DNA of 64,000 bases from Acutalibacteraceae bacterium (GCA_045605605.1 JAZUQH010000049.1:12799-76798), one strand, 5' to 3'; shown: positions 10,054 to 19,296, counted from the stretch's first letter. Program-made: numbers and translations. Notes: generated by a model not told the origin, from the letters alone.

Positions 10054-11223
10054 ATGCAGGAGAAAAACACAAAAATTTTGTTTCCACTTCTCAAAAGCGC
10101 GCTTTTGGATACTCAACTTAATGAAGATGAAAAAGCTCGCATAGCATCTTGTGACCTTTTCCTCCTTTATAATATTTCTAAAAAGCACGACCTTGCCCAT
10201 ATTATCGGCGAGGCTCTTCACAAAAACGGACTTTTAAAGGATGATGAATATTCAAAGAAGTTCCAAAACGAGCAGTTTAACGCAATTTTTCGCTGTGAGC
10301 AGATAAACTATCTGCTTAGTAAAGTCTGTAATGCTCTTGAAGAAATCAAGGTCCCCTATATTCTGCTTAAGGGCGCGGTTTTGAGAAATTATTATCCTAA
10401 GCTTTGGATGCGCACAAGTGGAGATGTTGATATTCTCATAGAAAAGGAAAATCTTTCAAAATCCGTAAAGCATCTTACCGAAAACGAGGGCTTTGTAAAA
10501 AAAGCGCAATGCAACCACGACGTAACCCTTGCGGGTAAAAACACTTTAGAGCTTGAGCTTCACTTTGACATTGTTAAAGGTAGCAGAAGTTTGGATTGCC
10601 GTGAGATTTTAGCAGGATTCTTTGAGGCCTCAAAGGCTTCAACAGATTTTAAATTAAGGCGAGAAAGCACAGACGAGATGTTCTATTTTTATCATATCGC
10701 CCATATGGCACAGCATTTTGAGGTAGGCGGATGCGGTATAAGACCGTTTATCGATTTATGGATATTAAACCATAAAATCCCATATAATAAAGAAAAGCGG
10801 GATGCTCTTCTTAAAGAAGGTAGGCTATACGGATTTGCAAAATGCTGTGAAGCCTTAAGTGAGGTTTGGTTTTCAGAAAAAGAGCATACCGAAATGACCA
10901 AAAAAATTGAAAACTTCATACTCTCAGGCGGAGTTTACGGCAGCACCGAAAACAGCGTTCTTGTAAGACACGCCAAAACAGGTGGGAAAATAAGATTCTT
11001 AATTTCAAGAATCATCCCCTCCTTTAAAGCCCTTAAGAAGATTTATCCTGAGCTTGAAAAACGCCCACTGCTTACACCTTTTTACCATATAAAAAGGTGG
11101 ATTCGTATATGTATTGAGGGAAGCGGCAAAAAGGCAGTAAGAGAATTTAAAATAAATAACGAGATTTCAAGTGATTTAAAAGAAGAAATGCAAAAATTTA
11201 TGGATGAAATAGGGTTGTCTTAG
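10054..11223 (+). CDS. uncharacterised nucleotidyltransferase family protein (NTP_transf_5-like)
   Basis: LLKGAVLRNYYPKLWMRTSGDVDILI motif. The start is placed at ATG 10054, behind GAAAGGAGG, rather than the track start 10036. Confidence 0.6.
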   Translation: MQEKNTKILFPLLKSALLDTQLNEDEKARIASCDLFLLYNISKKHDLAHIIGEALHKNGLLKDDEYSKKFQNEQFNAIFRCEQINYLLSKVCNALEEIKVPYILLKGAVLRNYYPKLWMRTSGDVDILIEKENLSKSVKHLTENEGFVKKAQCNHDVTLAGKNTLELELHFDIVKGSRSLDCREILAGFFEASKASTDFKLRRESTDEMFYFYHIAHMAQHFEVGGCGIRPFIDLWILNHKIPYNKEKRDALLKEGRLYGFAKCCEALSEVWFSEKEHTEMTKKIENFILSGGVYGSTENSVLVRHAKTGGKIRFLISRIIPSFKALKKIYPELEKRPLLTPFYHIKRWIRICIEGSGKKAVREFKINNEISSDLKEEMQKFMDEIGLS

Positions 11224-11309
11224 AGGCAATCCTATTATTTTTACAGGACTTGAATTATTAACAATTTAGTGTTATTATTAGTTTAGCTTATATAGGGAGA
11301 TTATGGAAA

Positions 11310-13358
11310 ATGAAGGTAAGCTTTAACACACCTGACTTAAAGAAAATATTTATTAAAAATCTTAATATGCTTTTCTTCCCCCTTTCTGTTTTTTACGGGG
11401 AATTTTTGCTTTTCGCCTTTAATACGAATAATAATCTTTTTTCCGTTTCACTTCTCAGAATATTTTTATTTTCTTGCGTATTAGGATTGTTTTTGCATCT
11501 GATTTTAGATGCTATATCAAATAAAAAGCTGAGCCGAGGTCTTGCTATTACAGCTATGAGCTTCGGTACAGTTTATACCTGCATAGAATATTGCTGCAAG
11601 GATTTCTTTAAATCCTATTTTTCCTTTACCTATATGAAACAAATGGTGGGGGGAGTTGTAGGCGAGTTTTTCAGCAACGTAATATCCTGCATAATTTCAG
11701 GTCTTCCATTTATATTACTTGCCTTTCTGCCTCTCGTTCTGTTTATTATATTTCGCAAAAATATTCTCCCCCAAGAAAGCAACCCAAAAAGCTTTAAAAT
11801 CGGCGCCGTTATAATTCTTGTGTTTTTTCAAATATCGGGTAGCCTTCTTTCTGTGCTTGGAAGCGATAAGGATTTTTATACCTATAATTTTTCTGCCGAT
11901 GCATCTATTCCAAAATTTGGCGCATTTACCTCGCTTCGACTTGAAACTACCTATGCTTTATTTGGTCTGCCTGACTCACCAAAGATAGATATAGATGAAA
12001 TAGTAAACGAAAAGGAAGAAAAGGAAGAGGTTGACAGCGAAAGCATAGAATACGGATATAATACCCTTGATATAGATTTTACGGCTTTAGAGGCGGAGGA
12101 AAACAACGGAACACTCAAATCAATGCATAATTACTTTGGAAGCCTTACCCCTACAAAGCAGAATGACTACACGGGTTATTTTAAGGATAAAAATTTAATT
12201 CTTATAACTGCTGAGGCGTTTTCTCCCTATGCTGTAAACGAGCAGTTAACCCCCACCCTTTACAAGCTATCCCACGAAGGCTTTGTATTTAACAACTTCT
12301 ATCAGCCTAACTGGACTCAGTCCACAACGGGCGGAGAATTCGCAGTTATGACGGGGCTTGTTCCCACCTGGGTAAATCAGCAAACCGCATTTGTGGCAAG
12401 TGCCAACAACAATATGAATATCTCCTTAGCCCACAATATGAAGAAGCTGGGCTACACCGCCAAAGCCTACCATAATAACACCTATTCTTATTATGACAGG
12501 GATAAAACTCATCCGAACCTCCAATATGAATATTACGGCATTGGTAACGGGCTTAGCCTTTCCTCAACTAATTGGCCCGCCTCAGACCTTGAGATGATAA
12601 ATGCTACTGCTGATGAATATATAAACGCCTATGTTAAGGATGGTCAGAAGTTCCATACCTATTATATGACGGTAAGCGGTCACGCCGGCTACACCTTTAG
12701 CGGAAACGCTATGTCAAGAAGGCACCGTGAGGTTATAGAAGCACACTATCCCGATGCCCCCGAACAAATCAAAGCCTACCTTGCCTGTAATTTGGACCTT
12801 GAATATGCTCTTACCGCTCTGTTGCAGAAGCTATGTGATGCAGGCATTGAGGATGAAACGGTAATCGCCCTTTCTGCAGACCATTATCCTTACGGACTTG
12901 TGGAAACCGATAGAGATTATTATGCCGAGCTTTCGGGTGTTAACGATAAAGAGGGAGATACCTCAAGATACAAAAACACCCTTATTATGTGGTGCGGAAG
13001 TATGGATGAGCCTATAATTATAGATACCCCCTGCTCCTCAATAGATATTGTTCCAACCCTTAACAATCTCTTTGCTATTCCCTATGATTCGAGGCTCTAT
13101 TCAGGTAGAGATATTTTTGCTACAAACTTTGAAGCAAATAAGGTTTCAACCTCTATGCCCTTGGTGGTATTTGCCGATTATAGCTGGATAACCGCCGCAG
13201 GCAGATACGAAGCCTCAACCAAAACCTTTTACCCTAATGAAAATATTACGGTGGATGAAAATTATGTAGATGCCGTCAATAAGCTTACAAGAGCTGAATT
13301 CATATACGCAAAATATATAGTCCAATATAATTATTACGATAAGGTCTTGAAAAAATAA
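11310..13358 (+). CDS. LTA-synthase-family / sulfatase-like membrane phosphotransferase
   Basis: 682 aa. An N-terminal block of about 5 TM segments is followed by an extracytoplasmic alkaline-phosphatase/sulfatase-fold domain (LILITAEAFSPY..., TQSTTGGEFAVMTGL). Confidence 0.7.
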   Translation: MKVSFNTPDLKKIFIKNLNMLFFPLSVFYGEFLLFAFNTNNNLFSVSLLRIFLFSCVLGLFLHLILDAISNKKLSRGLAITAMSFGTVYTCIEYCCKDFFKSYFSFTYMKQMVGGVVGEFFSNVISCIISGLPFILLAFLPLVLFIIFRKNILPQESNPKSFKIGAVIILVFFQISGSLLSVLGSDKDFYTYNFSADASIPKFGAFTSLRLETTYALFGLPDSPKIDIDEIVNEKEEKEEVDSESIEYGYNTLDIDFTALEAEENNGTLKSMHNYFGSLTPTKQNDYTGYFKDKNLILITAEAFSPYAVNEQLTPTLYKLSHEGFVFNNFYQPNWTQSTTGGEFAVMTGLVPTWVNQQTAFVASANNNMNISLAHNMKKLGYTAKAYHNNTYSYYDRDKTHPNLQYEYYGIGNGLSLSSTNWPASDLEMINATADEYINAYVKDGQKFHTYYMTVSGHAGYTFSGNAMSRRHREVIEAHYPDAPEQIKAYLACNLDLEYALTALLQKLCDAGIEDETVIALSADHYPYGLVETDRDYYAELSGVNDKEGDTSRYKNTLIMWCGSMDEPIIIDTPCSSIDIVPTLNNLFAIPYDSRLYSGRDIFATNFEANKVSTSMPLVVFADYSWITAAGRYEASTKTFYPNENITVDENYVDAVNKLTRAEFIYAKYIVQYNYYDKVLKK

Positions 13359-13365
13359 AAACCAA

Positions 13366-13399
13366 AAACCACCGATTAAATTTAATTCGGTGGTTTTTT
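13366..13399 (+). terminator. intrinsic terminator after the LtaS-like gene
   Basis: The stem CCACCG (13369-13374) pairs with CGGTGG (13388-13393), with extended flanking pairs, and is followed by TTTTTT. Confidence 0.7.
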
Positions 13400-13445
13400 A
13401 ATGCGAAAATTTGCTCACAAAAAGCATAAAAATAAATCGTGTATA

Positions 13446-13474
13446 TTGACACGGAAAATATTATTAGCTATACT
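13446..13474 (+). promoter_or_regulatory. sigma-A-type promoter of the glycyl-radical enzyme operon
   Basis: TTGACA (13446-13451), a 17-nt spacer, then TATACT (13469-13474). A GGAGAGGG RBS and ATG 13503 lie downstream. Confidence 0.45.
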
Positions 13475-13502
13475 AAAGAAAAGCTTGGAGAGGGTGTGTA
13501 TT

Positions 13503-15632
13503 ATGGATTTCCGTTTTGATATGAGTATTCCAAACAAAAGTTATAACCAACCCGTTTGGACTGCCGACAATTCTGATTGGAAAAAAGTATGTAAAGCTAT
13601 TGCCCAAGATGAAAGCCGTCCTTGGATTGACAGAAAAAGTGAGATGATGGTTAATATTCTCAAAAACGCTCCTATTTCTGTTAATACAGATGATATTTTC
13701 CCATATTTAATAAAAACCGATAACTTTATGGGGGACCTAAGGACACAAAGACATCAGACAGCTATGGCCAAATTGCGCGCAGAATGGAAATTCGATTTTA
13801 ACCACACCGAATTCTCCATTTATCCTGATTTTTCCCACAGCTCTCCAGATTGGGATTTTATTGTAAAGAATGGCCTTGTGGGTATTAGACAAATTTTGAG
13901 CGAAAAAGAAAAAACGACGGAAAATGCAAAGTTTTATCAAAACGCTATTATGATTATTGATGCTGTTTTTGATTTAATCAATCGTTTCATTAAACTTTAT
14001 GAAAAAGACTGCGACAAACCTTCTGCCCGTTTTACCATAGATAACCTAAAAGCATTGTTACAGCACGAGCCACGAACACTTGCTCAGGCTTTCCAATTAT
14101 ATTTTATCATATATTGGGTTGTTGACCAGGTAGAATTTGTAGGCATCCGTTCTTTTGGCCGCATTGATAAGACCCTTCTTCATTTATATGAATCCGACTT
14201 AAAAAGCGGCGTTTACACTAAGCAGGATGAGGAAACCATTATCCGTTTTTTCTATGGACAAATTACGGCGATGAATCATCCCAATAATATTCCCATTTGC
14301 TTAGGCGGATGCGATTCAATAAATGGTGGAATTTCTCATTTCACTCGAGAACTGTTGCGAATTTACAATGATATGAATATCTATTCCCCAAAAATTCAAT
14401 TGCGTATATGTGAGGATACACCAAAGGATATCATCCGTGAGGTTTTAGACAATATACGCAAGGGTAACAACAGCTATGTTCTTGAAAATGACCCCATAGT
14501 TATTGAATCCTTAGTTAAAATAGGTATAGACCGCAAAGATGCTGTTAACTATATACCCATAGGCTGCTACGAACAAGCAGCACAAGGCACAGAGCTTCCT
14601 TGTACCAGCAACGGATTTTTTATAATGCCCCATGCGGTACAGCGAGCCATTGGCGTTAATGATATTGAAAAACGTTTCCAAGGCGAAGGTCAAATTAAAG
14701 AATATGAGGATTTTGATTCATTCTATACTGCAATCAAATCAGCGTTCAAGGAAACGGTTGATTGCGTATTAGACTTAATGAATAGCGCCCTTGACCCAAT
14801 TTGCAACATTGCCCTTACCTCTCCCTTATATTCTGTATTTTTCCCTCCATGTATAGAAAACGGTCGCGAGTTATACGAAGGCGGAGCAAAATACAACAAC
14901 AATTCCCTTTGTTTAGTTGGTTTTTCAACAGCCATAGATAGCATTATGGCAATTAAACAGTTAGTTTTTGATGAAAAGAAATTCACTCTTTCACAATTCA
15001 GGCAGATGATTAACTGCAATTGGGAAGGCTATGAGAAGGAAAGATTATATATACAAAACCGTTGCAAAAAATACGGCAACCAAGATGAGTTCACCGATCG
15101 TATAACCGCAGATTTCACCTCCTATTGTATGAAGCTTGTAAATAACAAGCCCAATCGCAGAGGCGGTGTATTTCGCGCAGGTCTGTGGTCAATTAACGGT
15201 AATCAAACCTTAGGAGCTCTAACCGGCGCTACTGCCGATGGAAGAAAAAAGGGAGAGCCTCTAAACAAAAACCTTAGTGCTACTATTGGAATGGATAAAA
15301 ACGGCGCAATCTCGCTTATGAAATCGGTTACCTCTATAGATGCTACCCTTGCACCGAACGGAGCCGTATTGGATTTGACGCTGCATCCTTCTGCTGTTCA
15401 CGGCGAAAAGGGACTTGACGCCTTTGTTGCATTAGTTGAAATGTTCTTCGCAGATGGCGGTCAGGCTATACAAATCAATGTGCTTGATTACGAAACCCTT
15501 AAAAAAGCGCAGCAAGAACCGGAAAAATATTCCACCCTGCAAATCAGAGTTTGCGGATGGAATTCCTACTTTGTAAATTTAAGTAAGCAAGATCAGGATA
15601 TATTCATAAAAACATCGGAAGGTTTGTGTTAA
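13503..15632 (+). CDS. glycyl radical enzyme (PFL-superfamily), substrate unknown
   Basis: The C-terminal LQIRVCGWNSYFVNL is the glycyl-radical fingerprint (Gly codon 15555-15557). The Cys loop reads NYIPIGCYEQ (Cys codon 14565-14567). The protein is 709 aa from ATG 13503. The track start 13401 lies upstream of the promoter-like and RBS signals. Confidence 0.9.
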   Translation: MDFRFDMSIPNKSYNQPVWTADNSDWKKVCKAIAQDESRPWIDRKSEMMVNILKNAPISVNTDDIFPYLIKTDNFMGDLRTQRHQTAMAKLRAEWKFDFNHTEFSIYPDFSHSSPDWDFIVKNGLVGIRQILSEKEKTTENAKFYQNAIMIIDAVFDLINRFIKLYEKDCDKPSARFTIDNLKALLQHEPRTLAQAFQLYFIIYWVVDQVEFVGIRSFGRIDKTLLHLYESDLKSGVYTKQDEETIIRFFYGQITAMNHPNNIPICLGGCDSINGGISHFTRELLRIYNDMNIYSPKIQLRICEDTPKDIIREVLDNIRKGNNSYVLENDPIVIESLVKIGIDRKDAVNYIPIGCYEQAAQGTELPCTSNGFFIMPHAVQRAIGVNDIEKRFQGEGQIKEYEDFDSFYTAIKSAFKETVDCVLDLMNSALDPICNIALTSPLYSVFFPPCIENGRELYEGGAKYNNNSLCLVGFSTAIDSIMAIKQLVFDEKKFTLSQFRQMINCNWEGYEKERLYIQNRCKKYGNQDEFTDRITADFTSYCMKLVNNKPNRRGGVFRAGLWSINGNQTLGALTGATADGRKKGEPLNKNLSATIGMDKNGAISLMKSVTSIDATLAPNGAVLDLTLHPSAVHGEKGLDAFVALVEMFFADGGQAIQINVLDYETLKKAQQEPEKYSTLQIRVCGWNSYFVNLSKQDQDIFIKTSEGLC

Positions 15633-15633
15633 T

Positions 15634-16545
15634 ATGCCTTTGGATAATAAACCAGAAGGTCTTGTATTTTCTATAAAGCATTTTGAAATACACGATGGCG
15701 ACGGTGTTCGCACTACGGTATTCTTAAAGGGTTGCCCTTTGGAGTGCTTGTGGTGTCATAATCCCGAGGGAATTTCTGCAAAACAAGAAATTGGTATCTT
15801 CCCCGAAAAATGTATCGGTTGTATGGACTGTGCCAATGAGTGCGACTGCCATATTTTTTCAAACAATAAGTGGAATTTTTTACGATCACAATGTAAAGGA
15901 TGTATGAAATGTGCCGAGCTTTGTGTCAGTGGCGCCATTGTAGCTTACGGTAAAAAATACACTGTGGATGAGCTGTTAAAAGAGGTTCTCAAAGACAAGG
16001 ATCTTTATGAAAAAACCGGCGGAGGAATTACCATTTCCGGCGGCGAACCTATGCTACAACACGATTTTGTTTTTGAATTACTTAAGAAATGCAAAAGCGA
16101 AGGGCTTAATACCGCCTTGGATACCTGCGGATATGCGAAATGGGAGCATTACCAAAAAATACTACCCTTCGTGGATACAGTGCTTTATGATATCAAGGCT
16201 TTTAACCCCGAGGTGCATAAACGCTTAACCGGAAAAGATAATGCACTTATATTGCAAAATTTAGAAAAAATATCCGCAAGCGGTGGTAAAATCGCAATAA
16301 GAATACCACTTATACCCACCCTCAATGATACGGAAATTAACGCTATTGGCAAATTTTTATCTTCCCTTGAAAATATAATTGAGGTGCGGTTGTTACCTTA
16401 TCACAATTATTCGTCCTCGGTTTATAATTCCTTAAATAAGCCTTATTCCATTGGCGAAATTCCGCCACCCAACAACGAACAAATAGAAATAGCCTTAAAA
16501 ACCCTAAAATCCTATAAATTAAATGTAGTTGACGGAAGAAAATAA
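15634..16545 (+). CDS. glycyl-radical enzyme activating protein (radical SAM)
   Basis: It has the CPLECLWCHN CxxxCxxC motif plus two ferredoxin-type clusters (CIGCMDCANEC and CKGCMKCAELC), and a GGEP SAM motif. It starts 2 nt after the glycyl radical enzyme stop. Confidence 0.9.
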   Translation: MPLDNKPEGLVFSIKHFEIHDGDGVRTTVFLKGCPLECLWCHNPEGISAKQEIGIFPEKCIGCMDCANECDCHIFSNNKWNFLRSQCKGCMKCAELCVSGAIVAYGKKYTVDELLKEVLKDKDLYEKTGGGITISGGEPMLQHDFVFELLKKCKSEGLNTALDTCGYAKWEHYQKILPFVDTVLYDIKAFNPEVHKRLTGKDNALILQNLEKISASGGKIAIRIPLIPTLNDTEINAIGKFLSSLENIIEVRLLPYHNYSSSVYNSLNKPYSIGEIPPPNNEQIEIALKTLKSYKLNVVDGRK

Positions 16546-16546
16546 T

Positions 16547-16586
16547 AAAAAAGCTACCCAAAGGAATCCCTTCGGGTAGTTTTTTG
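16547..16586. terminator. bidirectional intrinsic terminator between convergent genes
   Basis: GCTACCCAAAGG-AATC-CCTTCGGGTAG hairpin flanked by an A-run and a T-run. Confidence 0.7.
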
Positions 16587-16595
16587 ATTTAATAA

Positions 16596-18218
16596 TTAGA
16601 ATATTACCTCAATAACATCCTTGCCGGTGGGCTCTACTATATCAAAATCAACATAGTTGGAATCGCCAACCTTAGAGGTGGTAAAGGCATATTCCTTATC
16701 GTTAACAAGCACCTTAGAGCAGGTCTTATCTTTGGGAAGAAGAATATGGCACTTAACCTTCTTAGCGGGAGAATAAAGGTCATATCTCATACCCTCATCC
16801 TTTAAGATGAAGCGTAAGTCAACCATTGCCTGACTTACTTCATAGCCTGTAAAGTAACGAAGCTCATTATAATGTGTAACAGGGAAACGGGGGGTAAAGT
16901 AAATTTCATCATAATTTACGCCCACATCGTTAATACCTGCAAGAGCCTCATCTACTGCACTTAAGAATGCAGCCGCACCCCAAGCGCTTGGACCGCCATC
17001 GGGCTGAGGAGTTCCATCGGTATTATAAAGGAAGTATGCAACGTCATCACGTTCAACAAGCTTCATAAAGCGGGAGATAATATCCCAAGCATACTCTTCA
17101 TAACCGTTATTAAACGCAGCCTTTGCAAGTTCTCCTGCAGTAAAGGGAGAAACGGCGCCGTTTACATACTGACCGGGAAGCTTTCCGCCATAGTTTTCAT
17201 ATGGTGGGTCAATACTAAACCACTCAGCAAACTTATCGGTGGTCTCTTTTCTGCGCATATACTCTTCGATAATCTTTCTTGATTCTTCTAAGTTAGTAAC
17301 GCCGCGGTTAATATCATAGGGGTTGGAAAGAGAAATTCTCTGCCTTTCAAGGTCATCAAGGCCCTCGTGGTTAAGGTGAAGCTGATGCATAAAGAAATCG
17401 CCGTTCCAAAGATACTTAAACATATTTGCCTTAAGCTCCTCGGCTCTCTTTTCCCATTCCTTAGCCTTTGCTTCGTTTCCGAGTCTTCTGTTAAACCAAG
17501 CGAGCTGATTCATTGCCTGATAAACACCGGAATTATCGCCGTGCATGATAGACATAGGAGTATCTTCTTCGATTTTTCTGTTATAGCCTGCATCAGGACG
17601 GGGAGTAAAGTCCCACGTATCAATAGTGAAAGCACGCTTGCAAAGACCGTGCTCAGGGTCCCAACGCTTACTATCGCTTGTCATATAATCAATACTTTTT
17701 TCGAGCTTTGGAAGCACCTTTTTAAGCCACTCATCATCACCTGTTGTACGGTAAAGGTACATAGCGCCCTCAACAACAAGATATTCAATATCAGCCTCAA
17801 GCTCAAGGCGAACAAGAGTCTGATTATCTTCGGGGTACATAACACGGCAGTCTTCGTTTACAAATCTCCAGTGACCGTCATCATACTGCTTAATAAGCTC
17901 GTAGAACTGACCGTCTTCCCTCTGAGTATCAATAATGAAATTTAAGAAGGAATGAAGATTATAATCCCAGTGACGCATAGCCTTCATAATATGTACGTGG
18001 TCACGAATCCAGTTAATATTGCACATAAGAATTTTTCCGTCAATAAAAACTAATCTTCTTTCGTGGATAATGCTGTTGCGAAGTCTGTACATAAACATAC
18101 CAAGCTTTGAATCGGTAGCTGTAAGTATTGAGGGGAAGCCCACCTCAACGTTGTTGTAAGTACCGTTTATTTTGCCATCAACATGCATTCCGGGTAATCT
18201 GTTTTTAAATTCAATCAT
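16596..18218 (-). CDS. (alpha/alpha)6 six-hairpin glycosidase-like protein (family uncertain), cytoplasmic
   Basis: 540 aa with no signal peptide. Acidic/aromatic motifs (REDGQFYE, TIDTWDF, HGDNSGVY, GGPSAWGAAAF) are reminiscent of GH63/GH15/GH78-type barrels. The family assignment is from memory only. Confidence 0.4.
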   Translation of the reverse strand: MIEFKNRLPGMHVDGKINGTYNNVEVGFPSILTATDSKLGMFMYRLRNSIIHERRLVFIDGKILMCNINWIRDHVHIMKAMRHWDYNLHSFLNFIIDTQREDGQFYELIKQYDDGHWRFVNEDCRVMYPEDNQTLVRLELEADIEYLVVEGAMYLYRTTGDDEWLKKVLPKLEKSIDYMTSDSKRWDPEHGLCKRAFTIDTWDFTPRPDAGYNRKIEEDTPMSIMHGDNSGVYQAMNQLAWFNRRLGNEAKAKEWEKRAEELKANMFKYLWNGDFFMHQLHLNHEGLDDLERQRISLSNPYDINRGVTNLEESRKIIEEYMRRKETTDKFAEWFSIDPPYENYGGKLPGQYVNGAVSPFTAGELAKAAFNNGYEEYAWDIISRFMKLVERDDVAYFLYNTDGTPQPDGGPSAWGAAAFLSAVDEALAGINDVGVNYDEIYFTPRFPVTHYNELRYFTGYEVSQAMVDLRFILKDEGMRYDLYSPAKKVKCHILLPKDKTCSKVLVNDKEYAFTTSKVGDSNYVDFDIVEPTGKDVIEVIF

Positions 18219-18413
18219 AACACGCTCTCCTTTGCGTTTTATTCGAGTTCATTCTATCACAAACATTTCCTAATTGCAACGAATTTTAATAAAGATTTTT
18301 GGGGAAATTCGGAAATATATCAACCACATTAATTTTATCTTCCCCTATATTTCGTTTTAAGTGTCTGAGCCACCGCAAGTGCTTTTTAACTGATTTAAAC
18401 GGTCTCGAACCGA

Positions 18414-18447
18414 TTCTATTGAATTTTCAATAGAAATATGTTATAAT
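18414..18447 (+). promoter_or_regulatory. licD promoter with overlapping 22-bp palindromic operator-like site
   Basis: TTCTATTGAA-TT-TTCAATAGAA (18414-18435) is a perfect 10-bp inverted repeat. The -35 TTGAAT (18419-18424) is followed by a 17-nt spacer and the -10 TATAAT (18442-18447). Confidence 0.45.
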
Positions 18448-18470
18448 GATAAAAACTTTAGGAGTGTATT

Positions 18471-19292
18471 ATGGATAATTTTGAAATTTTAAATGAGCTT
18501 AAAAAAGCCGAAATCGATATACTCAAAGCTTTTATAAAGGCTTGCAACGAACTTGATTTAAAGTATTATTTAGCATATGGTACCCTTATAGGTGCCATTC
18601 GTCACAAGGGATTTATCCCCTGGGATGACGATATTGACATCGTAATGCCAAGAAAAGACTATGAGGAATTTTTAAAATCAGGCCAAGAGTTATTGCCCGA
18701 TAATTTGTTTATACAGCACATTGGCAGTGAGCCTAATTTCCTCATGACCTTTGCTAAAATCAGAAACAGCAATACAACCTTTATGCAAAAATCCGATCGT
18801 AAATTTAGGATAAATCACGGTGTGTTTATAGATATTATTCCCCTTGATTATTTTCCAGAGGACGAAAAAACTTTTCAAAAAATATTATCTAAGAAGAAAA
18901 AATACGACTTTAGAATTAACAGCGCTCTTAATTACGGAACAAAAAAGAATATTAAAACCAAAATTAAAATCGCTTTATATAAGATAAAATATCCGTCATT
19001 AAAGGTTATTGTAAGAAAAACTGTTAATTTATATAAATCTATACCCGAAAGCAAAAAATTCACTGTTTATTGTTTTTCCCGTCCTGAGCTCAACACCGCA
19101 CCTATAGAATGGTTTGGTAAGGGAATAGAAACGGATTTTGAAGATGTTAAAGCTATAATTCCAAAAGAATATCACAAATGGAATACTCAACTTTACGGCG
19201 ATTATATGCAGTTCCCGCCCGCTGAAGAACAAACCCCACATCATTATACCGAAATAGTGGATTTGACGAAATCTTATAAAGAGTATATATAA
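18471..19292 (+). CDS. licD: LicD-family phosphotransferase (phosphocholine / phospho-alcohol transfer to glycopolymer)
   Basis: LKYYLAYGTLIGAIRHKGFIPWDDDIDIVMPRKDY is the LicD signature, including the DxD motif. Confidence 0.85.
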   Translation: MDNFEILNELKKAEIDILKAFIKACNELDLKYYLAYGTLIGAIRHKGFIPWDDDIDIVMPRKDYEEFLKSGQELLPDNLFIQHIGSEPNFLMTFAKIRNSNTTFMQKSDRKFRINHGVFIDIIPLDYFPEDEKTFQKILSKKKKYDFRINSALNYGTKKNIKTKIKIALYKIKYPSLKVIVRKTVNLYKSIPESKKFTVYCFSRPELNTAPIEWFGKGIETDFEDVKAIIPKEYHKWNTQLYGDYMQFPPAEEQTPHHYTEIVDLTKSYKEYI

Positions 19293-19296
19293 CAGC

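Noticed and set aside
13401-13502. N-terminal 34-codon extension of the glycyl radical enzyme ORF (track start 13401).
   Set aside because: The extension begins right after the upstream terminator and runs across the TTGACA/TATACT promoter-like elements. A good RBS (GGAGAGGG) precedes ATG 13503, and the extension is Lys-rich junk.
13503-15632. The glycyl radical enzyme could be choline trimethylamine-lyase CutC, given the nearby choline (Lic) genes.
   Set aside because: It is about 140 aa shorter than CutC. No microcompartment shell, aldehyde dehydrogenase or other cut-cluster genes are present. It is a separate, terminator-insulated operon, and the Lic genes are anabolic. Only the generic C-x-E eliminase motif is shared.
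17367-17945. Long antisense ORFs embedded in well-supported genes. Examples are 17367-17945, 31311-31997, 56225-56653, the 38111-39092 cluster, 2414-2623, 6114-6404 and 61666-61992.
   Set aside because: Each lies wholly inside, and antisense to, a gene with clear family motifs. None has an RBS or recognisable domains. Their low-complexity translations are typical of the reverse frame of real coding sequence.
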